From a virus: 64,000 nucleotides of DNA. Made by a program: the position numbers and the translations under genes. The notes under the pieces are model-generated. The model was not told the DNA's origin. It did not search any database and saw nothing but the letters and a program-made list of their open reading frames with translations. Positions 53,610 through 62,843 of the stretch are shown here, piece after piece; position 1 is the stretch's first letter; each line of letters starts with the position of its first letter. Where the stretch lies: positions 32,001 through 96,000 of the IMG/VR virus record IMGVR_UViG_3300045988_151707; one strand, 5' to 3'.

Positions 53610-54260
53610 TTATTTGTATAACTTAAAATGTGAGTGTGTACCCTTCGGACGCACATTTCGGTTAAACTTTGTATGGTACTTCTTACCGTCATTTCGGGGT
53701 ACGTGACGGTTCTGACCGACAATACTGAAATAGAACGGCACATGGCGTGAGGTGTGGCGGTTTCGGTTGGCTATCTCATGCTGGCTCTCAATCCTATCCC
53801 AATTGCTTCCGTTTACATTGCAGGGACTTTGTACTAGAATGAGTTGTCTGAGATGTTCCACAGCATCTGAGTTCAAAGTCATTTCTCCGCAATTATCCAT
53901 TCCACGAGAGTAACTTGTTGGGGATTCTTCCACTATATTTTTGAGAGGATACATTCTAATTACAGCTTCAGAAGCTGTAAATGCTGCATCTCGCAAAAGC
54001 TTTGCAGACTTCCTAAACTCGTTTATTGCATCAACAAATCTCTCGTAAAATATTTGCTTATTGATAAGCTCTATAATAGCTTCCTTTATTTTTTCTTCCG
54101 GAAGTTTACTGTAAATAGAAATAGTATGAATTGCTTTCAAAACTTCGGCTTCATCAAGTTCTGGATGTTTCTCTTCCTTATAGGTGAGCATACCTTCCTT
54201 ATACTTTCCTCCTAATCTTTCACGAAGTTTGTCAAATAATTCTTTATCACTGTTCCACAT
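53610..54260 (-). CDS. hypothetical protein with a basic His-rich C-terminus
   Basis: ORF 53610-54326. Start probably at MWNSDKE (54260). Confidence 0.45.
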   Translation of the reverse strand: MWNSDKELFDKLRERLGGKYKEGMLTYKEEKHPELDEAEVLKAIHTISIYSKLPEEKIKEAIIELINKQIFYERFVDAINEFRKSAKLLRDAAFTASEAVIRMYPLKNIVEESPTSYSRGMDNCGEMTLNSDAVEHLRQLILVQSPCNVNGSNWDRIESQHEIANRNRHTSRHVPFYFSIVGQNRHVPRNDGKKYHTKFNRNVRPKGTHSHFKLYK

Positions 54261-54975
54261 AGGCTCCGATTTTAAGCGATTTCTCCATTTCATCCTGAAG
54301 CTTATCAAGTAGGCCACATTCTCCATGGCAGAAGAAACGGAACTCCTTCTGCTGCTTTTCGCAGAAGAATTTCACTTGATCTATCTCTTTGTGATACGGG
54401 CAAAGCAGACGAATTTTTTGCAAGGCTACATCTACTGCAATCATGGCTCCCATCTTGTATCCCTTCCGGAATGGCTTATGAAGATCCTTTACTTCACGAC
54501 GGGCCTGTGCGCATTCTGTCTTTGCCTTTACCATGTGGTGATAGAATTTGTCGGCCAGTCCCAGACCTTCTTCTCTGATTTTTTCTTTGTGCAGTCTTGG
54601 AGCTTTCTTGATAACTTCCGGACGCGAGCGGTGCATGTAAATCAGACCGGCAAACGATGGTACTTCGTCGGGAGAAATCATTCCTTCCGGCACAGCATAG
54701 TAGAAATAGTTCGGTTTGTTAGATGTATCTTCGTCGGCCATGAAATTAAACTTCTGCAATTTATGCTTCTGGTCGTTATGGAAGTCGGCACGCGAAATCT
54801 TGATTTCTATCTCGTACCAGTAACCGGAGTTCGTGAGGATCAACACATCGCTCTCCCACCCGAACACGTACATGTTGCGCAGAAAGAACTTTGGTGAGCT
54901 CATGAAGCTGCGAAGCCCGTCCTGTATGCTTGTTTCCGTATATTCAAATCTTTCCAGCTTTCCCATATTACCCAC
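54247..54975 (-). CDS. PD-(D/E)xK nuclease-fold protein (MmcB-like)
   Basis: GWESDVLILTNSGYWYEIEIKISRADF gives a D...E-x-K arrangement. Confidence 0.5.
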   Translation of the reverse strand: MGNMGKLERFEYTETSIQDGLRSFMSSPKFFLRNMYVFGWESDVLILTNSGYWYEIEIKISRADFHNDQKHKLQKFNFMADEDTSNKPNYFYYAVPEGMISPDEVPSFAGLIYMHRSRPEVIKKAPRLHKEKIREEGLGLADKFYHHMVKAKTECAQARREVKDLHKPFRKGYKMGAMIAVDVALQKIRLLCPYHKEIDQVKFFCEKQQKEFRFFCHGECGLLDKLQDEMEKSLKIGAYVEQ

Positions 54976-55243
54976 CTATTTCACCTTTCAAGCGCTTAAT
55001 GGCAAGGTTTCTTGCCTTAATGGTTTCTTCCTGCTCTCGGACTTTTGTTTTGAGCGATGAAACCCGGCGTTGCAATTTCTCCACCGTGGGCGTGTTATTC
55101 CGCTCATAGTTTAGCTCTGCCTGAAGCTTTTCCACCTTCTTCTCCAGTTCCGCCGTGCGTGCCTGTTCGCGCCGGTAGTCCCGGCAGAGGTACTTAAAAA
55201 GTATCTCTACCGGAATGTCCAGTGCCTTATTCCACTTTTCCAT
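54968..55243 (-). CDS. small coiled-coil protein
   Basis: 91 aa with heptad-rich sequence. Confidence 0.5.
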   Translation of the reverse strand: MEKWNKALDIPVEILFKYLCRDYRREQARTAELEKKVEKLQAELNYERNNTPTVEKLQRRVSSLKTKVREQEETIKARNLAIKRLKGEIGG

Positions 55244-55958
55244 CGTCTTCCTTCTTTTTGATGTACCAGTCGAACTCTTCCAGCGGCTTGTCTACCACAG
55301 AAATGTAGTCTCCATCACGTTTCAGAACGCCTTTGTTGATAAGTTGCCGAATAAGCTTCAGACCGCTTCCGTAACCGTAATGAATATTCAGCACGTTTAT
55401 CGGGTCAGTATTGATACATTTTTTTCCGCCCTTTTCTGTGATTCCTAAGTTGTGGCATACACGAGCGGCCGCAGACAATTTCTCATAGTCGTATTCCTCG
55501 AACTCAGGCTGTACTTCAGCTTCGGCCTGATACGGATATACGTCCATGATGGCGGTCTCTGCGATGGATGCAATGACATAATCGGCCATCGTACCTTTCA
55601 TTCCTTCGTCCAGCTTCTTCACCGCATCTCGAAGGTCGGCAGCCTGTACCAGAATGTTGGTGGCTGTCTTCTTTTCTGCACCGCTTTTCTCGTCGATGGT
55701 GATAAAGTACAGCTTGCATTTGTACCACTTGTCGGCAGCTTCCTCGTCGGACGGGAATATCTCGCTGTAGTTGGCCCGCTTGATGTCGATCACTGTGAAC
55801 TCTCCTGTAATAAACGGCGTGACTTCTTCAATGAGACGTGCTTCGGCTTCGGTGAAACTCAGGGCATCTACCAGATAGGGCTCTGTCACTTTCTTGTTCA
55901 TCCCGTTTTCCGCTACCTTTTCGTAGCGGATTTTTCCTTCAAACCATGTGTGCATCAT
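55227..55958 (-). CDS. DUF4494-like protein
   Basis: The N-terminus HTWFEGKIRYEKVAENGMNKKVTEPYLVDALSFTEAEARLIEEVTPFITGEFTVIDIKRA matches the Bacteroidales DUF4494 family as I remember it. Confidence 0.55.
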   Translation of the reverse strand: MMHTWFEGKIRYEKVAENGMNKKVTEPYLVDALSFTEAEARLIEEVTPFITGEFTVIDIKRANYSEIFPSDEEAADKWYKCKLYFITIDEKSGAEKKTATNILVQAADLRDAVKKLDEGMKGTMADYVIASIAETAIMDVYPYQAEAEVQPEFEEYDYEKLSAAARVCHNLGITEKGGKKCINTDPINVLNIHYGYGSGLKLIRQLINKGVLKRDGDYISVVDKPLEEFDWYIKKKEDDGKVE

Positions 55959-56185
55959 AATTTGTCCTCCATTATTTTTTCGCGTTGTGCAATCATGGCA
56001 TCGGCAAAATCATAGGCCATCTTAGCCAACCATTCCTCGTCGTATGCTATCACTGATTTATATTCCAAACCAAATAATTTTTTAATCTTATTTTTAAAAG
56101 TCATGTATTCTGATACATTTTTCTGCATCAATACCTTCATCGCTTCCATAGCGATGTGGTCTCTACTGATATTACTTTCTGCCAT
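55955..56185 (-). CDS. hypothetical small protein
   Basis: 76-aa ORF. Confidence 0.45.
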   Translation of the reverse strand: MAESNISRDHIAMEAMKVLMQKNVSEYMTFKNKIKKLFGLEYKSVIAYDEEWLAKMAYDFADAMIAQREKIMEDKL

Positions 56186-56200
56186 AGTTATTTTATTGAA

Positions 56201-56731
56201 TTAGATAATAATTGTCATTATTGCGTAAGTAGCTAAATCGAGAAAAGCATTTTCCACTTTTTCTGATTGTGATTCTGCTTCTTCTTTATCCAGCAAAAAA
56301 TATATTTCTTTAATCTTTGATTTCAGAATTATTCCAGCTATCGGTGTACCTCGTAGAGCAATCATACGATAAAACTGAACATTAGCCTGATATATTTCTC
56401 TTTTACATCTTTCTTCTATCTCTTTTTCTACAATCATCTTTTCATGATGATATTTTTTGTAAAAAAACAGCAGGAAGTATATGGAGTGATTGTAAATTTT
56501 AATCATAGAGGCACCAATATCACCATCTTCCTCAAAAGAATTACATTCTTCATAAAGAAACTTCAGGAAGTTTGGCATACCAGGGTGAACTACTTCCTTC
56601 GGGAATCTTATTTCATCGGATTCCATCTTTTTTTTAAAAGATATTTCCCATGAATTATCGGAACATTCCCATACTCCACAAAAAGGATTCTGGTAACTTG
56701 TATGACCTTGATAAACAAAACCTTTTCCCAT
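56201..56731 (-). CDS. divergent DUF1599-like protein
   Basis: The C-terminal FLDLATYAIMTIII parallels the DUF1599 C-terminal helix of the next gene. Confidence 0.4.
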   Translation of the reverse strand: MGKGFVYQGHTSYQNPFCGVWECSDNSWEISFKKKMESDEIRFPKEVVHPGMPNFLKFLYEECNSFEEDGDIGASMIKIYNHSIYFLLFFYKKYHHEKMIVEKEIEERCKREIYQANVQFYRMIALRGTPIAGIILKSKIKEIYFLLDKEEAESQSEKVENAFLDLATYAIMTIII

Positions 56732-56734
56732 ATT

Positions 56735-57805
56735 TTACTTTTGTTTCCTGATCCAAATAATTGTCATCACGCAGTAGTTGGCCAGGTCCAGATAAGTATC
56801 TTCCAGCCTTTCGTCCTTCACCTGCCCTTCACCATTATTTTTAATCAGGGAATTTATTCTTCGAATTTTGTCACCGATTCGGATTTTGGCTACCAGGAGT
56901 CCGTCTTCGTCCATTGACTTTTCAAAGGCGTTTCCATAGTCGGCGTTCTTTTTTCGGTAAGTGTAAAGCTGTTCTTGACTGATTTCGGCCATAGAAAGCG
57001 TAACTTCCGCATAGTGTTGATATGCAGCACGGGCTATGCTTGTAATATGAAGCAAGCCTTCTATCCGGTCTGAATAGGTAATATCATCCTTGAAACATGG
57101 CTTGAACAAATTTCCTATTCTGATATGATAAAGATTAGGATCTCCACCTGCCATTTTATCGTAAGGTACCAGCTCGTGCAGCACCTCTTCAAACTTCTCA
57201 ACCATTTCATCCATAGTTTCTTCTACAGGATTCTCCGGTTGTTTCTCTCCTTCTTCGTTATCATCAGGTATATTTACCGGTTCAGGCAGTTCTTCCAAAA
57301 AATCTTCCGGAACGTCGACTATGTTCCGACCCCACTGACCTACCTCATACCAGAATACAGGTTCACCATCTTTACGAATTTGTCTTGTTCCAAGCACTTT
57401 GTAGATTGCAACCTGAGCATTTGAGATATGTTTTAAATCAAATTCCCCCATCTGATACGTCAGGGTCTCATTTGCCAATTTAAGCGAGTCGCAGTCTTTC
57501 AGCTTTACTACCTGCCCGACACTGAATTTTGATACGTTAATTTTACCTTCCATATATGTTGCTATTTTAGTTCCTGATGGCTGTTCTTTGCTTATGATCT
57601 TTCTGAAATCAAGCTGTGGAACTTTAGTTCTATCTCGGATGTTTAAAATATCCTGTTCTTTTTTCTCAATTAATGGCCAGAAACCTCCGAATAGCTCCAT
57701 CATATTTCCCGCACCCGATTCCATATCAAGGAAATCGCATAGTATACTTTTATTTATTTTAAGCGGATTTATTTGTTTTTTATTCCTTTTTTTCTTCTTT
57801 TCCAT
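56735..57805 (-). CDS. protein with a C-terminal DUF1599 domain (nucleotide-modification-associated, MazG-like helical domain)
   Basis: KKNADYGNAFEKSMDEDGLLVAKIRIGDKIRRINSLIKN...RLEDTYLDLANYCVMTIIW fits the DUF1599 pattern (DYG.AW...l.d.i.iK..Ri..l......E...d...Dl.NY.i.al). Start taken at MEKKKK. Confidence 0.55.
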   Translation of the reverse strand: MEKKKKRNKKQINPLKINKSILCDFLDMESGAGNMMELFGGFWPLIEKKEQDILNIRDRTKVPQLDFRKIISKEQPSGTKIATYMEGKINVSKFSVGQVVKLKDCDSLKLANETLTYQMGEFDLKHISNAQVAIYKVLGTRQIRKDGEPVFWYEVGQWGRNIVDVPEDFLEELPEPVNIPDDNEEGEKQPENPVEETMDEMVEKFEEVLHELVPYDKMAGGDPNLYHIRIGNLFKPCFKDDITYSDRIEGLLHITSIARAAYQHYAEVTLSMAEISQEQLYTYRKKNADYGNAFEKSMDEDGLLVAKIRIGDKIRRINSLIKNNGEGQVKDERLEDTYLDLANYCVMTIIWIRKQK

Positions 57806-59495
57806 CTTCTTCTGATTTATCGTTGTTATCGTTATATACTTTCTCCATTTCGCGGAAAAGGCGTTTATAAACCTCCGGGAGTGTGCCTTTCTCTTTTGTC
57901 TCACGTAAAGAAGCAAACAGCACGTAACGGGGGTCTGCACCCAGCATCTTACCCACGTCCATTACCAACGGACCGACGGCTTTCTCTGCATTGGGATAGC
58001 GTGCAATGTCGCCCATGGCCTCCAGTTCCAGCAATCGGTTGATACCTACACCGGTCATGGACGCAAACTTTTCGCGGGTATAACCGTGCATCTCATACAT
58101 GGCACGCACGCCCTGACCGAGGTTGAGTTCGTAGCGGCATCCGTCTTTCAGTGCAAGCTGACTCACTTTGACCGTTTTCAGCATACGGAGTGTACGCGCC
58201 ATTACGTCGGCATCCGCACGCGCTATGTATTCTGCCATAGCCTTCTTTGTGCCAAACACGTTGTACAGATAGCGTAGGGTAAGCATACTCAGTGTGCCGT
58301 GATTGCGGTAGACTTCCTGACGAAGCTTTCTGAGAGTAATGGATTCGTTTGTTTCAGGTACTGTGCGGATATGGTCTTCCAGACAGAGGTGACGGAACTT
58401 GTCAATCACGCTTTCGCCTTCTGCCTTTGCATCGGGCAGCATTTCCATGACATCGTACACCTCATATTCTTCCGATTCAGGAAGAGGGAGCGAAGCGATT
58501 TCATTCAGCAGCATACGCACGTTGTTCTTAGTTCCCATGCGTGCCATCAGTGTGCGGTAGTCCTGAAAGCAGAGCCCGTCTCCGGCCATCTTCATGCGCA
58601 GACTGGCGATGACGTATTCTATAAACTCTACCTGTAGCGAAACGATTCCGCTCTCCACCAGTTTCAGCAGGTCGTCTTTCACCAGCTCCATCTGGAACTG
58701 TGCAGTCAAGGTGCGCACATCCGTTCCCTCCTTATCGGGTATTTCAATGTTTCCCACCATCTCACGCAGCATATCTTTCACCGCAGCCATCATCTTTTCG
58801 TTGTGCTGGCTTTTCTGCCGGTTCACCTTCCCTACTCCGTTGAGCAGTCCGTCCACCTTCCGGCACATGCAGTCGTAGAACTCGATTCCAGTGGTACACA
58901 TCATGGCCACCATCTCCATGTTCGATACAAGGTCGCTCTGGCGCACGTTGCACTTGTCGAGCGCATTCTTGGTCGCAAAATAAATGAGGTTTATTTTTTC
59001 TCCGTAGGTCTTCCAGAAGATGTTCTGAAGCTTCTGTGTCAGTGTGCCGCCCCCCCTAATAAAACTTCCGGACAGCCCGGGGTGGATGGTTTCTGTAAAG
59101 GTACGCACCTGCATGGCATCGTGCGCATTGCATCGCTTCATAAGGTCACTAGACAGATTTACCAGTTCGTTGGCCCTGCGCTTCATGTTGTGGCGCGTCA
59201 GTCCGCGTTCCTTCAGGCAGGAAACCACTTCGTAGATGTATTTCTGAGTGATATTGGTCATCATGATTTCCACCATGAGCAGGTGGGCGTTCAAAATGTC
59301 GGCACTGGCCATTCGCTGCTGTGCAGTGTATCGGTCAAACCGGTTTCGTGTGACGGGAATCATGGATTTCGGACGGCTGATAGAAGCCGCAAGCCCTGTT
59401 TCAGAGCTTTTCCCCTTCATGGGTAAAATGGTGGAGGGAGCCTGCAAGAAAGGATTGTTTCCCAGATTCCCTGCCGGGTTTGTAAATTCGTTCAT
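57780..59495 (-). CDS. large hypothetical protein with a C-terminal XRE-like HTH
   Basis: 571 aa, with YTREKFASMTGVGINRLLELE near the C-terminus. No NTPase motif seen. Confidence 0.45.
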   Translation of the reverse strand: MNEFTNPAGNLGNNPFLQAPSTILPMKGKSSETGLAASISRPKSMIPVTRNRFDRYTAQQRMASADILNAHLLMVEIMMTNITQKYIYEVVSCLKERGLTRHNMKRRANELVNLSSDLMKRCNAHDAMQVRTFTETIHPGLSGSFIRGGGTLTQKLQNIFWKTYGEKINLIYFATKNALDKCNVRQSDLVSNMEMVAMMCTTGIEFYDCMCRKVDGLLNGVGKVNRQKSQHNEKMMAAVKDMLREMVGNIEIPDKEGTDVRTLTAQFQMELVKDDLLKLVESGIVSLQVEFIEYVIASLRMKMAGDGLCFQDYRTLMARMGTKNNVRMLLNEIASLPLPESEEYEVYDVMEMLPDAKAEGESVIDKFRHLCLEDHIRTVPETNESITLRKLRQEVYRNHGTLSMLTLRYLYNVFGTKKAMAEYIARADADVMARTLRMLKTVKVSQLALKDGCRYELNLGQGVRAMYEMHGYTREKFASMTGVGINRLLELEAMGDIARYPNAEKAVGPLVMDVGKMLGADPRYVLFASLRETKEKGTLPEVYKRLFREMEKVYNDNNDKSEEDGKEEKKE

Positions 59496-59521
59496 ATCGC
59501 TAAATGATTAATCTGTTCGTA

Positions 59522-60016
59522 TTAAAAAGGAAGATCATCCTTTTCGTCAGTCATATTAAGCGTTCCCTGCGTAGGCTGCTGTGGGGCCGCTTGTGCCGGC
59601 TGAGCGGGTGAAGGAACAGAAGCCGGTGCAGGCTGGCTGCCGAAATCGTCGGGCGAAGTAGGAAGCGGAGCAGACGATGATTCTGCCTTCCGCCCTAGCA
59701 GACGAAAATCGCGTGCCCATATTTCGGACACATAGCGTTTTTCTCCGGTTCCTTCTGCCTCGTAGCTTCGTGTGCGGAACTCTCCTTCCACATACACCTG
59801 CGAACCTTTGCGGGCAAGCTGGCTGATTATTTCGGCCAGATTGTCCCAGGCCACAATGGGAATCCATTCCGTATATTCCTTTGTCTCTCCATTTTCCTTG
59901 TTTTTCACTTTACGGCTGCAGGCGATGGAGAAACTTGCTACCTTATGCCCGCTTTCCAGCACTTTATAATCGGGGTCTTTCCCCAGATTACCGATGAATG
60001 TACATTTGTTAATCAT
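59522..60016 (-). CDS. ssb: single-stranded DNA-binding protein
   Basis: OB-fold N-terminus NKCTFIGNLGKDPDYK...W..IVAWDNLAE, a Pro/Gln/Ala-rich linker and the acidic tip DDLPF. Confidence 0.9.
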   Translation of the reverse strand: MINKCTFIGNLGKDPDYKVLESGHKVASFSIACSRKVKNKENGETKEYTEWIPIVAWDNLAEIISQLARKGSQVYVEGEFRTRSYEAEGTGEKRYVSEIWARDFRLLGRKAESSSAPLPTSPDDFGSQPAPASVPSPAQPAQAAPQQPTQGTLNMTDEKDDLPF

Positions 60017-60026
60017 ATCGTTTCTT

Positions 60027-60875
60027 TTAATCTTTAAACTCTAATTTCTGTTGCATCACTTCGTCTGCATAAAATTCTTTGAAAGACTTCTTGCTTATCC
60101 ACCATTTCAGGGCCATATCAGGATCTTGCAAAAGCGGTTTGTCCTTCCATTTGTTTTCGATCAACCATTCAATTGTTTTCCTCCAGTTTTTACCTACGTG
60201 CGGGAAATCTTTCATTTCTCGCACATTCTGTTTGTAGTTCGACATGGGACACATGATACATCCTATCCGTTTATACCCCTTGTCATACAACGAGCAATAT
60301 TGAATGTGCATTCGTTTCAAGTAGTCCCATACATCCTTTTCAGTCCAGTAAAGGATAGGAGAAACCAGAATTTTGTCTTTTCCTCCGACGCATGTCACCA
60401 TCTTTTCCTGATGTTCACTCCACTGATCAAATGTTCCGGAGAATTTACGGTCTCCCGTTTCAATTTCATTTCTTTTCTTCCGGTTCGTACTCTCCGATTT
60501 GCGTATTCCAATCAGGGTAACTTTCCCTGCGCCTGACATTTCCTTAAACTCTTCGCAGCACCATCTCACAAGCCGGGTCGGAAGACATCCTTTCTTCTTT
60601 GCCATATCATATATGCTCATTTTTGGTTTTATCAGTTCCACATCGGGATAGTTCTTTTTTGCGAAACGTATAACTTCAGGTGGGTCCACGCTTGTAAGGT
60701 TCATGTGAGCCTTGAATTTTACCCCCCCCTGTACGGCAAGGTGATAGAGGACCTGAGAGTCTTTCCCACCAGAAAACGCCAGATAAAATCCGTTCTCAGG
60801 GTCCATTCTCAGTGCCATCTCTTCACTTTTGCGAAGAAGGTTAATGGAGTATTCTATTTTTTCATCTAGTGTCAT
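60027..60875 (-). CDS. PAPS-reductase/PP-loop ATPase family protein (phage type with C-terminal Cys motif)
   Basis: PP-loop AFSGGKDS, RWCCEEFK and GCIMCPMS. Confidence 0.8.
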   Translation of the reverse strand: MTLDEKIEYSINLLRKSEEMALRMDPENGFYLAFSGGKDSQVLYHLAVQGGVKFKAHMNLTSVDPPEVIRFAKKNYPDVELIKPKMSIYDMAKKKGCLPTRLVRWCCEEFKEMSGAGKVTLIGIRKSESTNRKKRNEIETGDRKFSGTFDQWSEHQEKMVTCVGGKDKILVSPILYWTEKDVWDYLKRMHIQYCSLYDKGYKRIGCIMCPMSNYKQNVREMKDFPHVGKNWRKTIEWLIENKWKDKPLLQDPDMALKWWISKKSFKEFYADEVMQQKLEFKD

Positions 60876-60962
60876 TTCTTTTAAGATTTAGTCCCGCGCG
60901 GGGGAGTCGAACCCCTGAAATGTGAATTTGTCAAAACTTTTAAACTAAACATTATGGAAAAC

Positions 60963-60976
60963 GTGCGCCGACGCAC
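60963..60976 (-). terminator. short terminator hairpin (GUGCG-UCGG-CGCAC + GUUUU)
   Basis: On the minus strand, 30 nt after the stop of 61007-61345. Confidence 0.45.
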
Positions 60977-61006
60977 TTCACGCGGGAGCCATTTTATTCA
61001 ACTTGG

Positions 61007-61345
61007 CTATTTAGAACTAATTACTTTTTCTTCACCAGGATTTCCCTGAAACCATATCTGAATACCCAGAAATTTCGCCACCCTGAACTCGATTCTTGCT
61101 CCACGGCTTGACTTCCAGTTCTGCTGCAGGTAGATGTGACCGCAACGGGAAAGCAGCAGAATGTCCCACACCATGTGCATCCAGTACGGGCGCGATGGTT
61201 TCAGTCCGAGAATGATAGGATTTACGGGAGTGAAACCCATCGCGGAAATCTCCTGATCTGCATTCTCAAAGTTCTTGTATGCATACAGGTAGGAAAGACC
61301 GCCTATTTTACCGGAGTTATAGCATTTTATGTTTTTCTTTGCCAT
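61007..61345 (-). CDS. DUF4406-like (nucleoside 2-deoxyribosyltransferase-fold) protein
   Basis: YNSGKIGG...NF..A......GF.PVNP...W..YM......L..C..IYL...W..S.GA..E...A pattern. Confidence 0.55.
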   Translation of the reverse strand: MAKKNIKCYNSGKIGGLSYLYAYKNFENADQEISAMGFTPVNPIILGLKPSRPYWMHMVWDILLLSRCGHIYLQQNWKSSRGARIEFRVAKFLGIQIWFQGNPGEEKVISSK

Positions 61346-61444
61346 GTATTTCAGGTTTTACAAAGGGCTCCGCACGGATGCGGAACCCTGAATTTACAAA
61401 TACCTTTTATCACCCAACATGTCATTGTATGACATGGCAAATGT

Positions 61445-61478
61445 AACAATTTTCAACCGAAATCGCATTAAAATTGTT
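61445..61478 (-). promoter_or_regulatory. operator O3 overlapping an early promoter reading toward 61345
   Basis: The reverse complement AACAATTTTAATGCGATTTCGGTTGAAAATTGTT is followed by TACATTTG. 33/34 identical to O2. Confidence 0.65.
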
Positions 61479-61486
61479 GCTAAATT

Positions 61487-61729
61487 TCATAAAACCTCCG
61501 ATTTTATATGGATTCTTGCTGATGTAACAGATGCAATACGCTGAATAAGTGATAGATAAATGCCATCTTTGTCTTTTATGGTAAAAACGACGCTTCGTTC
61601 TACTCCTTTTTTGGCATTCCGGATAGATATTTCGGGCTCTTTACCTGCTTCAATCCACTCCATGAGTGCAGCTGCTGTGTACGACTGTTCGAAGCATAGA
61701 ACGTAGGTCCGGTTGGCGAGTGTGAGCAT
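61487..61729 (-). CDS. hypothetical small protein
   Basis: 80-aa ORF. Confidence 0.45.
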   Translation of the reverse strand: MLTLANRTYVLCFEQSYTAAALMEWIEAGKEPEISIRNAKKGVERSVVFTIKDKDGIYLSLIQRIASVTSARIHIKSEVL

Positions 61730-61739
61730 AGAGTAAGGT

Positions 61740-62177
61740 TTACCAGTTCAATAATGAAAAACGTCTGGAATGTTTGGGATGCAGCATTTCCATTTTCCGC
61801 AGTCGTTCGTCGTCAATCACCACATTCGGCACATCGCACGAGTCGCAGGATGGTTTCATCACACGCACAATACCGAGCGCGACGGCCATCACCAGCAGGC
61901 GCTCGGCTGAATCGAGCGTGGCCCCTTCGTATCGGCTTCCGTTACCGCGTGCCAGAATCCATGGAGCGCCTTCCGGACGATTGCTGTAACGCATCACGCG
62001 AGGAAGTCCCTTCACAGCCGAAAGCACAAACATATATTTTTCTTCCAGCCGGCTACGGCAAAAGGTATGCGCACCTTCCGTAAGTCCCGGAACGGTTACG
62101 GTTTCTCCGCAACGCTCGTTTGTGCGGTAGGTGGCATACTGGTATATGTGGTTTATTGTGTCGGTGGTGACGTTCAT
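61740..62177 (-). CDS. hypothetical protein
   Basis: 145-aa ORF overlapping the methyltransferase stop. Confidence 0.5.
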   Translation of the reverse strand: MNVTTDTINHIYQYATYRTNERCGETVTVPGLTEGAHTFCRSRLEEKYMFVLSAVKGLPRVMRYSNRPEGAPWILARGNGSRYEGATLDSAERLLVMAVALGIVRVMKPSCDSCDVPNVVIDDERLRKMEMLHPKHSRRFSLLNW

Positions 62178-62839
62178 GGCTTAAATAAATCTCCTTGTAT
62201 TAGTTTACCGTTTGCGGTATTAATCTCATTCATGCACTCCTCACGGAATCTATTTTCTTGCGCATCGAAATAATCTTTGTCTATTTCTGTGGCATAGAAA
62301 TCAAATCCCATTTTGTAAGCAGCTATTCTGCTACTTCCGCTTCCAAGGTGAGTGTCCAGAATCTTATCACCTGGCTTAGCAAAAGTACGTAAAAGATAAG
62401 CATACAGGTCGATTGGCTTTTGCGTGGGATGAAATTTACCCTTGTCTGCTTTACCTCCCTTATTTGATATGCTTATATGCTTTGCTGGTTTATTAAACGA
62501 TGTCCATGCAAATTCGCATTGAGAGAAGTTTTCCCAAACTTGTTTTTTGTCCCAACATACAAAACATCTTGTTGGAGGAAGAGGAAAGTAATTACCTCCC
62601 CAAATAATCTGATTCTGGCTTACGCGAAACAATTCATCAAAGTATTCCTTTGTAGGACGGATGTCCCATCGCTGGATATTTCCCCTGTTTAGACACCTGT
62701 TTTTAAGTTTACCTCTTCCATGGGTACTTTTTTTGTCTAATCCGTATGGAGGGTCCACGATGGCCAGTTCAAAAAACTTGTCGGGTATGGAGCGCATGTA
62801 TTCCATGCAGTCCATGTTATATGTTTCGCTTATTGGCAT
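62174..62839 (-). CDS. beta-class DNA N6-adenine (or N4-cytosine) methyltransferase
   Basis: Motif IV IVDPPYG at the N-terminus and motif I LDTHLGSGSS near the C-terminus. Confidence 0.85.
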   Translation of the reverse strand: MPISETYNMDCMEYMRSIPDKFFELAIVDPPYGLDKKSTHGRGKLKNRCLNRGNIQRWDIRPTKEYFDELFRVSQNQIIWGGNYFPLPPTRCFVCWDKKQVWENFSQCEFAWTSFNKPAKHISISNKGGKADKGKFHPTQKPIDLYAYLLRTFAKPGDKILDTHLGSGSSRIAAYKMGFDFYATEIDKDYFDAQENRFREECMNEINTANGKLIQGDLFKP

Positions 62840-62843
62840 ACCA

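Noticed and set aside
60891-60990. Possible tRNA gene on the minus strand (GGTTCGACTCC T-loop plus a complementary 7-nt acceptor-like pair)
   Set aside because: Position 8 is G, not U, and the putative D-arm is really a GC hairpin followed by a U-tract (a terminator). The 45-nt interior gives no 5-bp anticodon stem with a 7-nt loop in any register I tried. I kept it only as a tRNA-like mimic finding.
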